From contig JBHGNT010000008.1 of NCBI GenBank assembly GCA_043228905.1, forward strand, positions 15,190,001-15,254,000: 64,000 nucleotides of DNA, in the 5' to 3' direction. The DNA comes from Azolla caroliniana. Its lineage: Eukaryota > Plantae > Polypodiophyta. This document shows, piece by piece, positions 1 to 13,523 of the stretch (positions are counted from its first letter, which is position 1; every line of letters begins with the position of its first letter). A program made the translations under genes and the position numbers. The notes under the pieces were generated by a model that saw only the letters and a program-made list of their open reading frames with translations, ran no database searches and was not told where the DNA came from.

Positions 1-1908
1 TCACGCAAGTTTGACGCCGCCGAAATCAACTACGAAATTCATGATAAGGAGCTATTGGCAATAGTGGATTCTTTTATGCAATGGAGGCATTTTCTGGAGG
101 GATCCTCTCATCTGGTCATTGTATTTAGTGACCACAAGAACCTTGCCTACTTTCAGGATGCTCGTGTGTTGAATCGACGTCAACCTCGGTGGGCCCACTT
201 CCTCACGCGTTTCGACTTCAAAATTACATATTGTCCGGGGAAGCACCAAGGGAAGGCGGATGCATTATCACGACGTTCGTATCTAGCACCCCGTCCTGGC
301 GAGCCAGCTTTCGATAACCAAAAACAAGTCATCTTGGGACCGGCACGACTACAAGCAACACAGATCTTTGACATGCCCATGGATTCCCGCGTTATCGATA
401 CCATACGCAAAGACTTGAAGACAGATGAGTTTGCCCAAGCTATACTAGCACAAATTGATCCCTCTCGCGCGTCGTGTTCACAGTCGCAACCACCAGGTAC
501 GGACTATCGGCAATTCAAATACCATGATGGATTACTCTTCTTTAAAGAACTTTTGTATGTTCCTAATGGTTCTTGCCGTCCTCAAGTAGTACAAAATTGT
601 CATGACACATATACAGCTGGGCATTTTGTTAGTACTAAAACATTACATTTAGTACAACGATCATTCTGGTGGCCTTGTATGCGACAATTTGTCGAGGATT
701 TTGTTCGGACTTGTGATACATGCTGCAGAGCGAAAATGCCAAGGCATCATCCATATGGTTTATTAGAACCATTACCAATTCCAAGCAAGTCGTGGCAATC
801 CATTGCTCTAGACTTCATCACAGATCTTCCAGTCTCTAAGGGGTTCAATGCGATTCTAACGGTGGTCGATCGATATACGAAGATGGCTCATTTCTTGCCA
901 TGTACTAAGGAGATCTCCAGTGAAGACACTGCCGAAATTGTCATGCGTGAAGTATGTCGGCATCATGGAATTCCCGATAGTATCATCAGCGACAGTGGAC
1001 CCCAGTTCGTGTCAAAATATTGGAAGCTCCTTTTTAAGATGCTCAAGGTCACTTGTAACCTCTCCTCCGGCTACCACCCCCAAACCGATGGCCAAGCCGA
1101 ACGAACCAATCAAACACTGGAGCAGTATCTGCGGTGCTTTCTCAGCTATCATCAGGATGACTGGGCAGATATTCTCCACTTCGCCGAATTTGCCTATAAC
1201 AACTCTATCCACGCATCCACTAAAGTTACGCCATTTTATGCTTATACGGGATGTCACCCTCGGTGGTGTGTACTTGAAACCCCAGAGGTGTCCACAAATC
1301 CTTGCGCAGAAGATCGTTTGGAGAGGTTACGCAAGATACAAGCGGATGTATCTACTCACCTTCAACAAGCTCAACAAACACACAAGGTTTATGCGGATCG
1401 TCATCGACTCCCATCTAGTTTTAACATTGGAGATCGGGTATGGCTACTCCGACGACACATCAAGACCACTCGCCCATGCGAGAAGTTGGATTATCGGCGA
1501 TTAGGTCCTTTCCGTATTTTAGGAAAGATTAATGATGTCGCTTTTCGTCTTGATCTACCTCCACAACTTCGGATACATCCGGTGTTTCATAGTTCTCCCC
1601 TCGAACCCTATCAAGAGAGCACCATCCCAGGACGTATTACACAGCCTCCACCCCCGATTGAGCTTGAAGATGGACATGAGTACGAGGTTGCCGCCATCCT
1701 TGATTCCAAGCTTGTTCGCAACAAGCTCTACTATCTAGTCGATTGGCTAGGATATAGTCCCAACGAGCGTACTTGGGAACCGATAGAGAATGTCACCAAT
1801 GCTCGTGCTCTTCTTGAAGACTTCCATCGTCAATATCCAGACAAACCGGGTCCTCAATCCAAAACGACTCGTTACACTCGTCGTTTTAGAGGGGTGATAG
1901 TGTCATGA
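1..1908 (+). CDS. pol: Pol C-terminal part: RNase H, integrase (HHCC + DDE), chromodomain; 5' end outside the window
   Basis: Motifs SDHKNL, ADALSR, H-x4-GH...CDTC, DFITDLP, DGQAERTNQ, IHPVFH and YEVAAILDSK...YYLVDWLGY...TWEP. Closely similar to ORF 50038-53610. Confidence 0.95.
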   Translation, partial: SRKFDAAEINYEIHDKELLAIVDSFMQWRHFLEGSSHLVIVFSDHKNLAYFQDARVLNRRQPRWAHFLTRFDFKITYCPGKHQGKADALSRRSYLAPRPGEPAFDNQKQVILGPARLQATQIFDMPMDSRVIDTIRKDLKTDEFAQAILAQIDPSRASCSQSQPPGTDYRQFKYHDGLLFFKELLYVPNGSCRPQVVQNCHDTYTAGHFVSTKTLHLVQRSFWWPCMRQFVEDFVRTCDTCCRAKMPRHHPYGLLEPLPIPSKSWQSIALDFITDLPVSKGFNAILTVVDRYTKMAHFLPCTKEISSEDTAEIVMREVCRHHGIPDSIISDSGPQFVSKYWKLLFKMLKVTCNLSSGYHPQTDGQAERTNQTLEQYLRCFLSYHQDDWADILHFAEFAYNNSIHASTKVTPFYAYTGCHPRWCVLETPEVSTNPCAEDRLERLRKIQADVSTHLQQAQQTHKVYADRHRLPSSFNIGDRVWLLRRHIKTTRPCEKLDYRRLGPFRILGKINDVAFRLDLPPQLRIHPVFHSSPLEPYQESTIPGRITQPPPPIELEDGHEYEVAAILDSKLVRNKLYYLVDWLGYSPNERTWEPIENVTNARALLEDFHRQYPDKPGPQSKTTRYTRRFRGVIVS

Positions 1909-2313
1909 TATGGCAAGACTCGAACCCATGACCTTATGCTAAATGGGTCGAGCTCTTGACCATTAGACTATACATTGTAATACGTAGAATATTATTTTTA
2001 TTTATGTTTTATTATAGAAAATTGATGTATATTCCAGATTTCTCTGGAACATTCTAGAAACTTTAGGAGTATTCCTTAGAACACTATAAAAGGAGGCACA
2101 AGGCATTATTTCGAACCAAATCGGTTCAACGCCAGTCTTAAGCCTCCTAGCTACTGTACATTTCCTCACATAATATATATCTTTTCTTATCATCACTCTC
2201 TCTCTCCCTCCCTCTCACTCACTCTTTCCTTCTCTCGAGAGTCCTTCACCTCTCTTAGTACTAGTACTTCGTTTAGTACTAATTCCTTCTCTGTCTTAGT
2301 ACTGTTCCTGACA
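1..2313 (+). mobile_element. Ty3/gypsy chromovirus (Tf1/Tcn1-like), 3' part only; element A
   Basis: Pol C-terminus, PPT AGAGGGGTGATAG ending at 1900, then LTR 1901-2313 (TGTCA...TGACA) homologous to the LTRs at 48474 and 53622. Inserted into the RT of the minus-strand gypsy that resumes at 2314. Confidence 0.95.
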
Positions 2314-5300
2314 GTTTCAACTCCTCGTTCAGTTATGAGATGTCCAAGATAAGTAATTGATTTCTTGAAGAACTCACATTTTTAGATCTTCGCATAAAAC
2401 TGTTTGTCACGCAATGTTTGTGAAACAAAGCGGACATGTTTAGCATGTTCTTGTAATGTACGGCTATAAACTAAAATATTAATCAAGAAAATAACGACAA
2501 ATTTTCGAAGTTGTTCTCGGAAAATTAGCCAGAGCATTGGTCAAACCAAAAGGCATAACCAAAAACTCATAATGGCCATAGCGCGTACGAAATGTCATTT
2601 TAGGAACATCCTCCTCACTTATACGAATTTGATGGTAGCCAATACGGAGATCAAGTTTCGTAAAATACCGAGCTCCCTGGAGACGGTCAATTAGATCGTC
2701 AGCCTAGGGCAATGGATACGAATTCTTGATCGTCACTTTATTCAAGCGGCAGTAATTAATACACATACGCCATGTGGCCTCTTTCTTTTTTAACCAAGAG
2801 AACTGGTGCACCCCATGGAGATTTACTATAATGTATATAACCCATTCGTAAATAGTCCTTGAGTTGCTTAGACACCTCATCCTCTTAGGATCAACTTAAG
2901 AGATAAGGATGTATACTTATTGGTGCAACGCTAGGTACAATATCTATATGATGGTCTATATTACGTTTAGGAGGTAACCCATCTGGTAGTTCACTCGGAA
3001 AAACATCACGAAAATCATTTAAGATTTCATCAAGTTGTTGTTGTTCAAAATATGTTAATTGAACTGAGACATTATCAATATTGTAAACGTGAATGTCTGG
3101 ATCAAGTACACAATAAAAAAGAGTAGAACAAGACAACTCAGATATTGATGGAGAGGAAACAATCGAGAGGGATTGTTTTTTTACACATTGAATAAAATGA
3201 GTACAATCGTTTAGTACAAAAGTTATTGAATGATGAACCCAATCAATAGATAAAGAAGAGTTTTTATTATAGAATCGGGGATAACCCAGTATTACATCAG
3301 TGGTACAAAGATTTATTACATGGAAGTCTACTTCCTCTATATAAGTATCAATAGAAATTCCTAATGAATGAATCACCACATTGATGTGTTGTACTCTTCC
3401 ATCAGCCAAGTGCACCATATAGGTGTGATCACTTACGGTGGGTTGGACTCCCCATATCTGAACCAAACGATCATTCACAAAGTTGTGTAAGCTTCCTGAA
3501 TCAAACAAAAATTGTACGGGAGATCCATTGATATACCCATTTGCATGTAGTAAATCATTGTGACCCAATACATAGTGAGGGAAAGAACATTGACAATTAC
3601 TTAAATGATGTATATAGACCTGAAGAACATTAGGAATCTGACCTTTATGGTCTGTAGCTTTAGCTTTGCTGTCGTGTTGTTTCCGTTGGAGCATTCGACA
3701 TTGTTCTTTTGTATGTCTCTTCTTTTTGCAGAATACACAAAAAGGATGTTGTCGCTTACAATCGTGATCCATGAATTCGTTGGGTGTCTTGCGTTTCCCA
3801 ACGAATTGGGGATGTCGTGCACTATCCAGTGATAGTCCGAATTGGGGATGTCATTGACAAAACAAGCTATCAACCAATTGTCCCCTTCTAGACCCGACTT
3901 TTGGATTTGGGTTCTAGCATGGTCCACATAATCTTCTAGCGAGGAAAATTTCCAGCTAGAGAGGTTCATTCAAGCTTGTGCTGCCTCGGTTCGAGAGGGA
4001 GGTTGTAGAAATTGGCCCTTGAAAACTGTGGCAAAATCTGTCCAGGTATCAGGCAATTTCCCCAAACTATGGAGCCCACGCCACCAAACGGCGGCCTTAC
4101 CCCCTAGTTCTCGGGTGACATATGCAATCTTCGTACTATCTAGCATGGGATAGAGCTCAAAATGAGAGTCCCATCGGCCCAACCACGTGTAGATTGCTTC
4201 TTCGGTTCTTTCCTTTTTTTCTCCCGTAAATGGCTAAACGACAAATGATGGTTCACCCTGTCGCTCATCAGGTCTATTAGTCTCATGTTGTAAACTAATG
4301 ACACGTGCCTCGAGAGCACTTTGAGATTGCCGAAGTTCGGTCATCTGTTGAGCGGTGAAACTGAGGTATTGGGTTATTTGCGAAAAATACATCTCAATGG
4401 CCATTTGTCCAAGAGGATTTCCGTGAGTTCCTTCCACTTGAGCGGATGACATAGGGTCGTTATTTTGAGCCATTGAATGATTATTTCTGACAAAGAAATA
4501 GGATAAGGTGAGACAAATAGTCATAACATCATGTCGTGATGTAAAAATATCATGGGCAAACATTAATCGATATCATGATCTCACGTCAATACCGCTCTAG
4601 ACGTATGAGATGAGGTTCAAGATTAGGCTACTATGGTAACACAAAGGTGTTTTAAAAACCATGGGAGTGACAAATTAATGTCTTTCCCTGATCTCTATAT
4701 TGATTTTGTCCTGGCGGCTCCCCGAGGCTCAACCATGTATGTTCACGTCATGAGTAGTTTATACACGAAAAAAATGTTAACAATAAACTATGTTTCTGTG
4801 CCCACATATGTGGTTTCGGCTCTTCAAGTCCTATTACGAGGACCCCGAAGTGCACTTAGACCTCAAGTCTAAGCATGTGTTATAGTCATATGTATCAACA
4901 CTGTTGTATGGTCTTGGTTATATTTGAACTCGAGACCTCGAGAACAAATGCATTAAACACTTGAGCTAACCAATTAGGTTGCTCTTTTTGAATGTTTAAT
5001 GTTTCATGTGTATAAGAGATATGCGAGGCATTTGCCCATATATGTTTCTTTAAAAGAAACATATATGTCAAGAGTTCTTATTTCCCCCTCGTTTACTACA
5101 AAATATGTTGGTACGTTACCTAACCTCAAGTCTCGTAATTACGATGGCATACGCCAAAGTGCAACCTAATGGTCAAGACAAATGAGCCCTTTTTCGTAGT
5201 AGGCCCACGTGGCCCATCACATGGTTACGTCATTACGAATGCCTCTCGTAAGAATGATCTCATGGTGGCATCGTATCCATGTAACGAGGGAGGGATGTTG

Positions 5301-6617
5301 GATATGTGTGTCATAGGAGCGACCTCACATGAAGTGGGTCAAGCCCTACGTTCTCAACATCATTGTGGCTATAGGCATTTCTTTACGTAATAAAATTGAA
5401 GTCACCAATGGGAATGTCAAAAATAAATTGTTGAAAAAGGGATGGTGAAAACGCCATTCTCACAAAAATGTGAGGACGGCCACCAAGATCCTTTTCCCGA
5501 CAAGGACAACATTCAATAGAAATCACGTTATATCAAATATACACGTATGTTTACTTATCACATATATACGATCAAATACGTATACACGTGACCACATATG
5601 CGTACATTAAACAAATCGTTCCATCAAATAGCCAAAAATGATGTAATCTAGATATGTAATCGAGGCATATACCCTCTATGCACACAAAACATCTAAAAAT
5701 AAGGGTTCATCGTGATACGCAATTGAGGTATTGACCTCTTATGCATACGAGACTAAACACATATCACTTACAACGAAATCGAGGTATTGACCTCATACGC
5801 ATATGTAACATATGTACGTGAGCGTAATACGCAATTGAGGTATTAATCTCGTGCACATACGACATTAATCATATATTCAATATATATCAAATGAGGTAAT
5901 GACCTCATACACATATGCAAACGTTTTATAAAACCAAATAATTACCATTACAACATCATTGAATTAATGAAAAAAATTACATATAGACTATATACATGAT
6001 TAGATGGGAGAAGAAAAAATACAAAAAAATCAGGAAAGAGTTACCGAAGTTCTCTGTTGATCGTTGTCTGGATCAAGGCCGACCGCACATCGATCGATCA
6101 CCATCAATCAAGAACACCAAAGATAACAAAAGAAACATTAGAACATGAGCTCAGATACCAACTATTAGAGATATGTACTAATGTAAGCAAAGGATAAGGA
6201 TAAACGATAGATCTAGATAGAAAGGAGAGAGAGAAAGAAAGGTGCCGATCCACCAAACCACCCCCAAGCGAAGGGATCGAGACGGACTTGAGCCTCGATC
6301 AGCGTCCCATACCACCGTCGTTGCGTCGAGTCGTACCTGGTGCTTGTGCACTTGCTACAAGAGTTGTTCCACCACGAAACAGAGTCTCGACGTAGTCAAC
6401 AAGATGATGAAATGAGGGTAGCTAGGCCTCTTATTTATAGTGATACCGAAGGCCCCCATGCAAGTTCACACTTGTCCTAATGGGTTGTCTCAATCCCGAG
6501 GATTAAAAGTAATCCTCCCCTTCTTTACACTCTCATTTAACCCTCACACTTATCCACGTGTATAGAATACTACGGTAAATTCTCACCACGGGATATTATA
6601 TGGTTATGCCCTTAACA
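2314..6617 (-). mobile_element. Decayed Ty3/gypsy element, 5' half (LTR, PBS, long leader, gag, protease, RT)
   Basis: LTR ~6163-6617 (minus strand begins TGTTAAGG). tRNA-iMet-type PBS TGGTATCTGAGC at ~6149-6160. Gag fragments 4473-3600 with CVFCKKKRHTKEQC knuckle, protease FLFDSGS, and [14 protein letters not shown] / [19 protein letters not shown] at ~2530-2670. Stops and frameshifts present. Confidence 0.88.
5655..5910. repeat. About five diverged ~57-bp tandem units with core AATTGAGGTATTGACCTC in the gypsy leader
   Basis: Core recurs at about 5658, 5721, 5777, 5833 and 5889. Confidence 0.75.
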
Positions 6618-8650
6618 TTGCTAGTCTCTCTTGTAGATGTTCAATGTGTGGGACAAGATAGTTTCGTTCACTTTCACTAGGTGATAGTCGACAAATGTTC
6701 GGATCTTTGCATTCTTCTTGGGAACGATGAATATCAAGGACATCTAATTTTTTCTCTTCATTGGATAGATAATCCTAACCACCAACATTTTATCAACCTC
6801 AGCTTTCACTTATTGGGTGTAATGTTGATTCATTAGCTAAGGGCGTTGGCTCACTGGTCTTGTGTTGGCCCACATCAATATGGTGTGGGACCTGACTTTC
6901 TCAAGGATGCCATTCATATCTTTACATATCCTTTTGAATACATCATTGAATTCAAGGGCAAATACCAAGGAAGTTTATTCTTTCAGATGGAGGTCCATGG
7001 TATGAAAACTGGTTTGGGAGTTTTAGTGTCACCGAGGTTGACTTCTTTGGCTTTGGTTGGCCCATTGTAAGTTGCGCCTGACATGGTCATCGTGTGTCGC
7101 TAGAGTGAGTGCCTTGTTCATATAGTTGGAAATGGGCGGGAAAGATAACTTTCTCGAGAGGCAATGATCTTTATGTGTGTATGTTGGTATGTTGGTGAGA
7201 TTTTTTTATGTTTGTTCACCATTGGGATGCAAATTTTACTATGGATGAGCCTTAGATTTCAGCCAACCATTTCTCCTTCACACGGTTGAGTTCTGTGGGC
7301 CATGTATTTCCTCTTCTTTATCAAGAACGGTAATTGTGAGGGGGGTAAAATTGAAACACAAAATGGTAAATTCTCATTATTGTCGCAACAATGTGTTCCA
7401 ATGGGATACATAATGTCAACGATGGCTAAAGCATGTACCTAATTCATGTATGAAGAGGTGGAGCCAATGGACTTAGGCTTGGCACGGTTTAGGATCTAAG
7501 GGTTGGGACCTCAAGGAGGGTTGTCCTCTTGCCAAGATCTTCAGAAATTTTTTTGCGCTCGCGAGCGAGGAGGTTTGTGTCAAACTTGGTGGTCTCCGAC
7601 AAGTTATCCATGAGTGAGAGTGGGCTTCCTTCTTGTTCGTGGACCTTTTCTGTGTAGACTTGGATTTTCAAGGTCTTTCTTGCTTTGCACATGTAGATAC
7701 ATCACGAAATTTACTTACTCAAGGCAATGTCGCCTGAGTAAACACTTGTAGGCAACGTGGTTAATGGATTTTGTGATAACAACATGAGATGTCATTCCCG
7801 AAATCCATGGCTAATCTACTTACTCGAATGCAAGCTTGCCCAATTAAACACTCGTAGGCAACGTGGTTAGTGAGGCTTGTGATAACAAACATGAGAGAAA
7901 ACTCAATGCTATATATCATGAAGTTATGAAGGGGCACCATACCTTCCAGTTGCTATATAGACTCGTTTACTATTGGTTGCCTTATGGGGTTAGGAACATT
8001 TTCAAGCTACCCCATGTCCACAATCATGCCTATTGATTCTTACACATGTTCCTGTGTTGTTTATGGTTGGAGTGGTTATGTTATTGACACATATAGGGAG
8101 GGTGAAGCTTGTCTCATTAGTCTCAAAATGAGCTCCAAATGTGTTGCTTTTGTGACCTGGTTGACGACGTCGATATTCAGCAAGTTCGAGAGACTCCACT
8201 ATTTAGTGTTTGGAGAACATTAGGCCAAGGTTGAGGGTTGATTTCTAACAATTGTTTTATTGTATGCTCAACTTTTTAGAAACGATCTTCTTCAAACCCG
8301 AGCTAGTTTTTGTGGGGGCACCTATTGAGTAATACACCTTCTATAGAGTGAGTTTCACCTTAAGTGCTAATTTTCGTTGTAGTAATGCCATGTTGACCTC
8401 TTTGTTACTATACGTAGTAGTGAGTTATTGGTGATGGTGGCTATATGTTGCCTGATGGTTGCTTCATTGATCCAATAGCCGGGTTGGCTGAAGTTCAATC
8501 TTGGGAGGCTTGGTGCTTGGTCTTCTAGTTGTTGGAGCACTTGTACTCCTCTACTTGTTTCTTTACTTCGATGGGGTTAGGGTAAATGGTGAGGTGTGCG
8601 AGTAATCTTTCCGTTGTGTCTTGAATAGGCAATCCTATCACGTTGTCGTA
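6618..8650 (-). pseudogene. Highly decayed Ty3/gypsy gag-pol fragment (protease to RT N-terminus)
   Basis: Minus-strand translation across stops at ~6680-6890 gives HHIDVG...PVSQRP...VKAEVDKML...IVPKKNAKIRTFVDY. Protease-like remnant near 8000-8200. Distal end is approximate. Confidence 0.6.
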
Positions 8651-8734
8651 TTGTACTTCGTACACTACGTGAAAAATGTACAGAGTACCCAGTTGAATAA
8701 GTATGAGGAAAAAGGAGAAATATATTAAAATGCA

Positions 8735-9240
8735 TGTTACATGTAGAAGGAAAGATTTGAACCTTGTACCTCTATATTAACAATCCCAACCCCTTACCTT
8801 TGTGGTTATTAATTATAGATTTAGTTTGTATAATATATCCTCACGTGCAAATTTTAGGAAACTTACTCATGCATGACTATTGTGCATGAGTACTATACTT
8901 AGAAAAAGCTACTCATGCACAACTAGTGTGCGTGAATACTAAAGTAAGAAAAAGCATGATGCTTGCCATAGGGTAAGTTATACTTATCCTCCCCCATCAT
9001 TATATAAGATGGGGAGTAAAATGTAATTGGGGGATTGATAAATTTTGAGGTAAAATTCTTGGGTATTATTAGGGTTTTAAATATTCATTAATAAAATACA
9101 TTATACTAATTGGATTCATGCATTTTCTATATCTCTCTCTTTCAAGCTATTCATGTCCTGATTTCTCTTAAAATTCTCCTCCTCCTAGTCCAAAACCTCA
9201 ATAGTTTCCACCCGACTCACACAACAATTTGGCGCCGAAA
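8735..9240 (+). mobile_element. Putative LTR followed by a TGGCGCC-type PBS (Athila/Tat-like)
   Basis: ...CACAACA-ATT-TGGCGCCGAAA at 9220-9240. 5' boundary uncertain. Antisense B-box-like GGTTCAAATC near 8754-8763. Confidence 0.4.
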
Positions 9241-9541
9241 TGCACGACAACGTTGTCATTTTCGGAGTTGTTATTGTGGGAGGCTAGTTTTGATTACATG
9301 ATTAACCTCATTTTCTCTTGCTTCCTCTTCCTTTGTTGTGTAGTTTCGGCCCCCTTCTCTTGATTGTTGAGGTTGTGAGAAATTTCTTTGGGCACACGTG
9401 ATAAAGTGCGCTCCGATTGTTGATGGGATGACTGATCATAAATTTTAACCGACTCTCTTCTTTTTCTTGATATACTGAGGCACTAGATGTTCTAGTTCAC
9501 ATCCTAGACATGAAGCTTGTTACGAGCATGACCATAAATTA

Positions 9542-12500
9542 TGTTGAGATTAGAATCATTGATCCAGAAGAAAAGGAATATGCTGAAATACACAGCTTGG
9601 AAACCCAGAAAAATAGTGTACACAGATTTAACGTGTAAACCCTAAAACGGGAGAAAACCACAGAAAACAAAGTTTCCACTATACACAAGAGAATAAGAAA
9701 AAGGTTACAATCTTCTCTGATACACACAAAGGATAACCCGCTTAAGGTTCTTAGCAAGTTCATTGAACTTTGTTGCCACTCTCTCTCACACTGACACACT
9801 CTCTCTTCTCTGTCGCGCTCACATATAGAGGCTCACACTATTCTGTTCTTACTCCTGTTCTACTTCTCTCAGGTTTGCCCTAAGTGTATTTATACTAATA
9901 CACAAAATGTCTTATTTACAATCATGGCCATTATTATTATCTAAACAATAATAATAGTCTTACTAATCAATCAACCGACTCATCCATTGATTGTCGGGTC
10001 AGTCTGACTAGTCGACCTGGTCATTCACCATCTGATTGGCCCGACTAGCCAGTCATGACTTTGATCTCGATCATCTCTTGTCAACTCTCAAAAAGTCGAC
10101 TCCTCGACTGTCAGGTCTCTCTATCTTCGACAGTCGGTTGCTCCTTGTCTTCGACTATCAGCTCTCTCTGAGCAGTTGGCTCCTCCCATTGGAGGGACAT
10201 ATTCCTAACAAACTCCTCCTCCACTCTAGTGGGTAGGACCCGGTCAGTCCTATCTTTTGTCGACAAACTGTAAATCTGTCGATAGGGAGGTTCTTCGTGA
10301 GTATGTCGAATACATTGTCGTTGGTATGTATCTTCGAGAGGGAAAACTCGCCTTCGTCTACCATCTCTCGCAACCTGTGATACCTCCTTTGTATATGGTC
10401 TGAGAGTGGTATGCAGAGTACTTTGCAATATGTATGGCACTTTTATTATCACAATGGAGCAAGAATTCTTCTTGCTTCATCCCGACTTCACTAAGGAAAC
10501 TCTTCATCCAAATCAGCTCCTTGCCAGCTTCTACCGCTGGCATAACTCTGCTTTTGTGGTCGACAAGGCCACACACTTCTACAGTCGCAATTGCCACGAT
10601 ACTGCTCCCCCTACATAGGTCATCACGTACCCTGACGTGGATCGACTTGAATGTACATCGCCTGACATGTCGAAGTCGGTAAACCCTTCGAGCATGGGTT
10701 CTCCAACACCATACCTTAGGCATACCCCCGAGGTGCCTTTTAAGTACCTGAGTATCCACTTCACTGTTGCCTAGTTTAGCATGGGAGAGCAGGCTCCTTA
10801 GTCTCTCCATGATCCTCTCTGCAAGCTCGTTCAACTCAATGCTCTTAGGCACTGTGTATTCGACACAAATACCTTGGGCCTTGCAATATTCCTTAAACGA
10901 CCCTCTATACTCTCCACTGTTGTTGGTTCGGACTGTAGAGAAATGCACAGAATATCACTCAGCCACAACCGAGTCTTGAATCACAGAAATGGGAATGAAG
11001 GAGAGTACACAAAAGAATGACACAGGATGTTTACGTGGAAAACCCTAATAGGGAAAAACCACGGGAGCCCACTGACTCCGAACTATCACTATGAAGAGAA
11101 GGGGTACAATCAAAGACTCGTAGGCAATGACCTCGAGCTCTGTTTCTTCGCACAGTGGCAATTACAACAGAGTATCGCTTTGTATCTCTCTCTCTCCCTC
11201 TCTCTCTATACAACAGTTACAGCAATATGACAACAACACAATCGCACCCAAAGTTATTGCCCTAAGTCATATTTATAGTTATATGAACTTAGGGCTAGTT
11301 ACAAATATAGCCTCAATGGGCTTATTCAAGACATATTTACAAATCTGTCTTCACTTCCGGTTCTCACCGGGTCCACCGATCCATTTTCCGGATCCCACTC
11401 ATGTGTTCTAGCCTCTTATGCCATAACTCTTTACTCGAGTTCGCTACCACATTTACTTTTGACTTACACAGTCGGGCATGCATCATATAAAATGTGCCTT
11501 CTTTCTGTGCTCGGGCCACTATGAGGTTTCGTCGAGACAACTTCCACTTGCCGTTTTGAAAGCTACCAATGTAGCCTTCGTCATCCAACCTTCCAATCGA
11601 TATTAGATTCAATCTGATATCGGGGACATGTCGAACTTCCCTCAGCATTAGTTGACATGCTTCCTATGCCGACTATCTTGCACTCTCCATGATCTCCCAT
11701 CTTTACATAGCCATGATCCCCGACCATGTAAGTTGAGAAACACTGTCTCGACGGAGTTATGCGGAATGATGCACCTGAGTCGATTACTCAGGTGCACGCT
11801 TCCCTTGCAAGTTTTGTGCTTGTCTACTCACAAATGAACATGATCTCCTTCACACGTGTGGCTACGGTCGATGTGCCCTTTTCATCAGGAATCTTCCTGG
11901 GTTCGACATTATTTCCAACACTCTCGTCCTTCCTCATGTGTCGGTAGTCCTTCTGGAAGCATCCAAGTTTTCCACAATAGAAGCACACGAGCTTACCTTA
12001 GGACTTCGATTTGGCATTGGACTTTTCTCTCCTTAGTGGACTCCTTTGTTGGGTCATTCCTTTGCCGCTTTGTTGAGTCAAATTTGCCTCCGACTGGACA
12101 AGGACACCCTTGTCCTTCCTTCTCGCTTCCTCATTCAGGATGCTTGTCTTCACCGCTTGTAAAGAAAAGTTCTCTTCTTGATAGGAGGTGGTGAGAGTAA
12201 ACACCAGGTTCTCCCAGCTATCCGGCAATGTGCACATTAGTAGGATGGTCTGCATCGCATCATCAAGGGGAAACTTGGTTGCGGCAAGTTGATTCACATA
12301 CCCCATGAATGTGTTGATGTGTTCGATGATGCTCTCATTGTCTCTGTATTTTAGTCCTATGACCTTTCTCATCAGTGAGGTTTTATTGAGGGCATTCTTC
12401 CTCTCGTACAAACCTGATAGCTTCTGCCACATCTCGTGGGCATTTGTGTCGTTCACCAAATCTTGAAGGACACTGACATTGACACACTATCGGATGGTTG

Positions 12501-13523
12501 CCACCGGCTTTCTGTTGAGAAGTTTCCATTCCGACTCTAATACCCTCGTGGGTATTTCTGCTCTATCGATCGGCTCGTACAAGTCTTTCACAATGAGAAG
12601 GTCCTCCATTTTTATCTTCCACTCTGCATTGTTCTGTGTGTCCTTCACCACATCTTGAAGGACACTGACATTGACACACTATCGGATGGTTGCCACCGGC
12701 TTTCTGTTGAGAAGTTTCCATTCCGACTCTAATACCCTCGTGGGTATTTCTGCTCTATCAATCGGCTCGTACAAGTCTTTCACTATGAGAAGGTCCTCCA
12801 TCTTTATCTTCCACTCTGCATAGTTCTGTGTGTTTAGAACTATCATACCTGGGAAGCCGCTCACACCTCCTTCCATGCTTGCACCTCAAGCTCTGATACC
12901 AGATTGTTGAGAATCGAATCGTTGATCCACAAGAAAAGGAATATGCTGAAATACACAGCTCGGAAACACAGAAAAACTGTGTACATAGATTTAACGTGGA
13001 AACCCTAAAACGGGAGAAAACCACGGAGAACAGAGATTGCACTATACACATGAGAGTATAGAAAACGGTTACAATCTTCTATGATACACACAAAGGATAA
13101 CCAGCTTAGGGTTCTTAGCAAGTTCGTTGAACATTGTTGCCGCTCTCTCTCATTCTCACACGTTCTCTCTTCTCAGTCGCGCTCACATACAAAGGCTCAC
13201 ACTATGCAGTTCTTACTCCTGTTCTACTTCTCTCATGTTTGCCCTAGGTGTATTTATACTAATACACAGAATGGTTTATTTACAATCATGAACATTATTA
13301 TTATCTAAATAATAATAATAGTCTTACTAATCATCCAACTCATCCGTCAACTGTCGGGTCAGTCCGACTAGTCGGCCTGGTCATCGACTATCCGGTCGGC
13401 CCAACTAGTCGGTCGTGACTTCGATCTCGATCATCTCTTGTTAACTCTCTCAAAGTCGACTCATCGACTGTTGGCTCTCTCCGAGCAGTTGGCTCCTCCC
13501 ACTAAAGGGACATATTCCTAAAA
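9542..13523 (-). mobile_element. Ty1/copia element (Tnt1/Tork-like), internally deleted; copia-1
   Basis: LTRs 12905-13523 and 9542-10210. PBS TGGTATCAGAGC at 12890-12901, PPT at 10211-10222, near-TSD AATTA/ATTTA. Gag (MEGGVSGFPG...) and GAG-pre-integrase present. Integrase fragment joins directly to the RT end/RNase H (KWILRYLKGT) at ~10770. Confidence 0.92.
10934..11395 (-). mobile_element. Truncated copia LTR related to the copia-3 LTR (58419), inside copia-1
   Basis: Reverse complement shares AAGACTCGGTTGTGGC, TATAAATATGAC and CCGGTGAGAACC blocks with 58500-59065. The LTR 5' end was lost together with part of the host integrase. Confidence 0.8.

Noticed and set aside
2314-2325. GTTTCAACTC after LTR A as a self-priming PBS, which would make it a 5' LTR of a tandem element
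   Set aside because: The sequence reads as RT of the host element on the minus strand (LGHLITERGVET). The resemblance to GTTTGAACCA appears coincidental.
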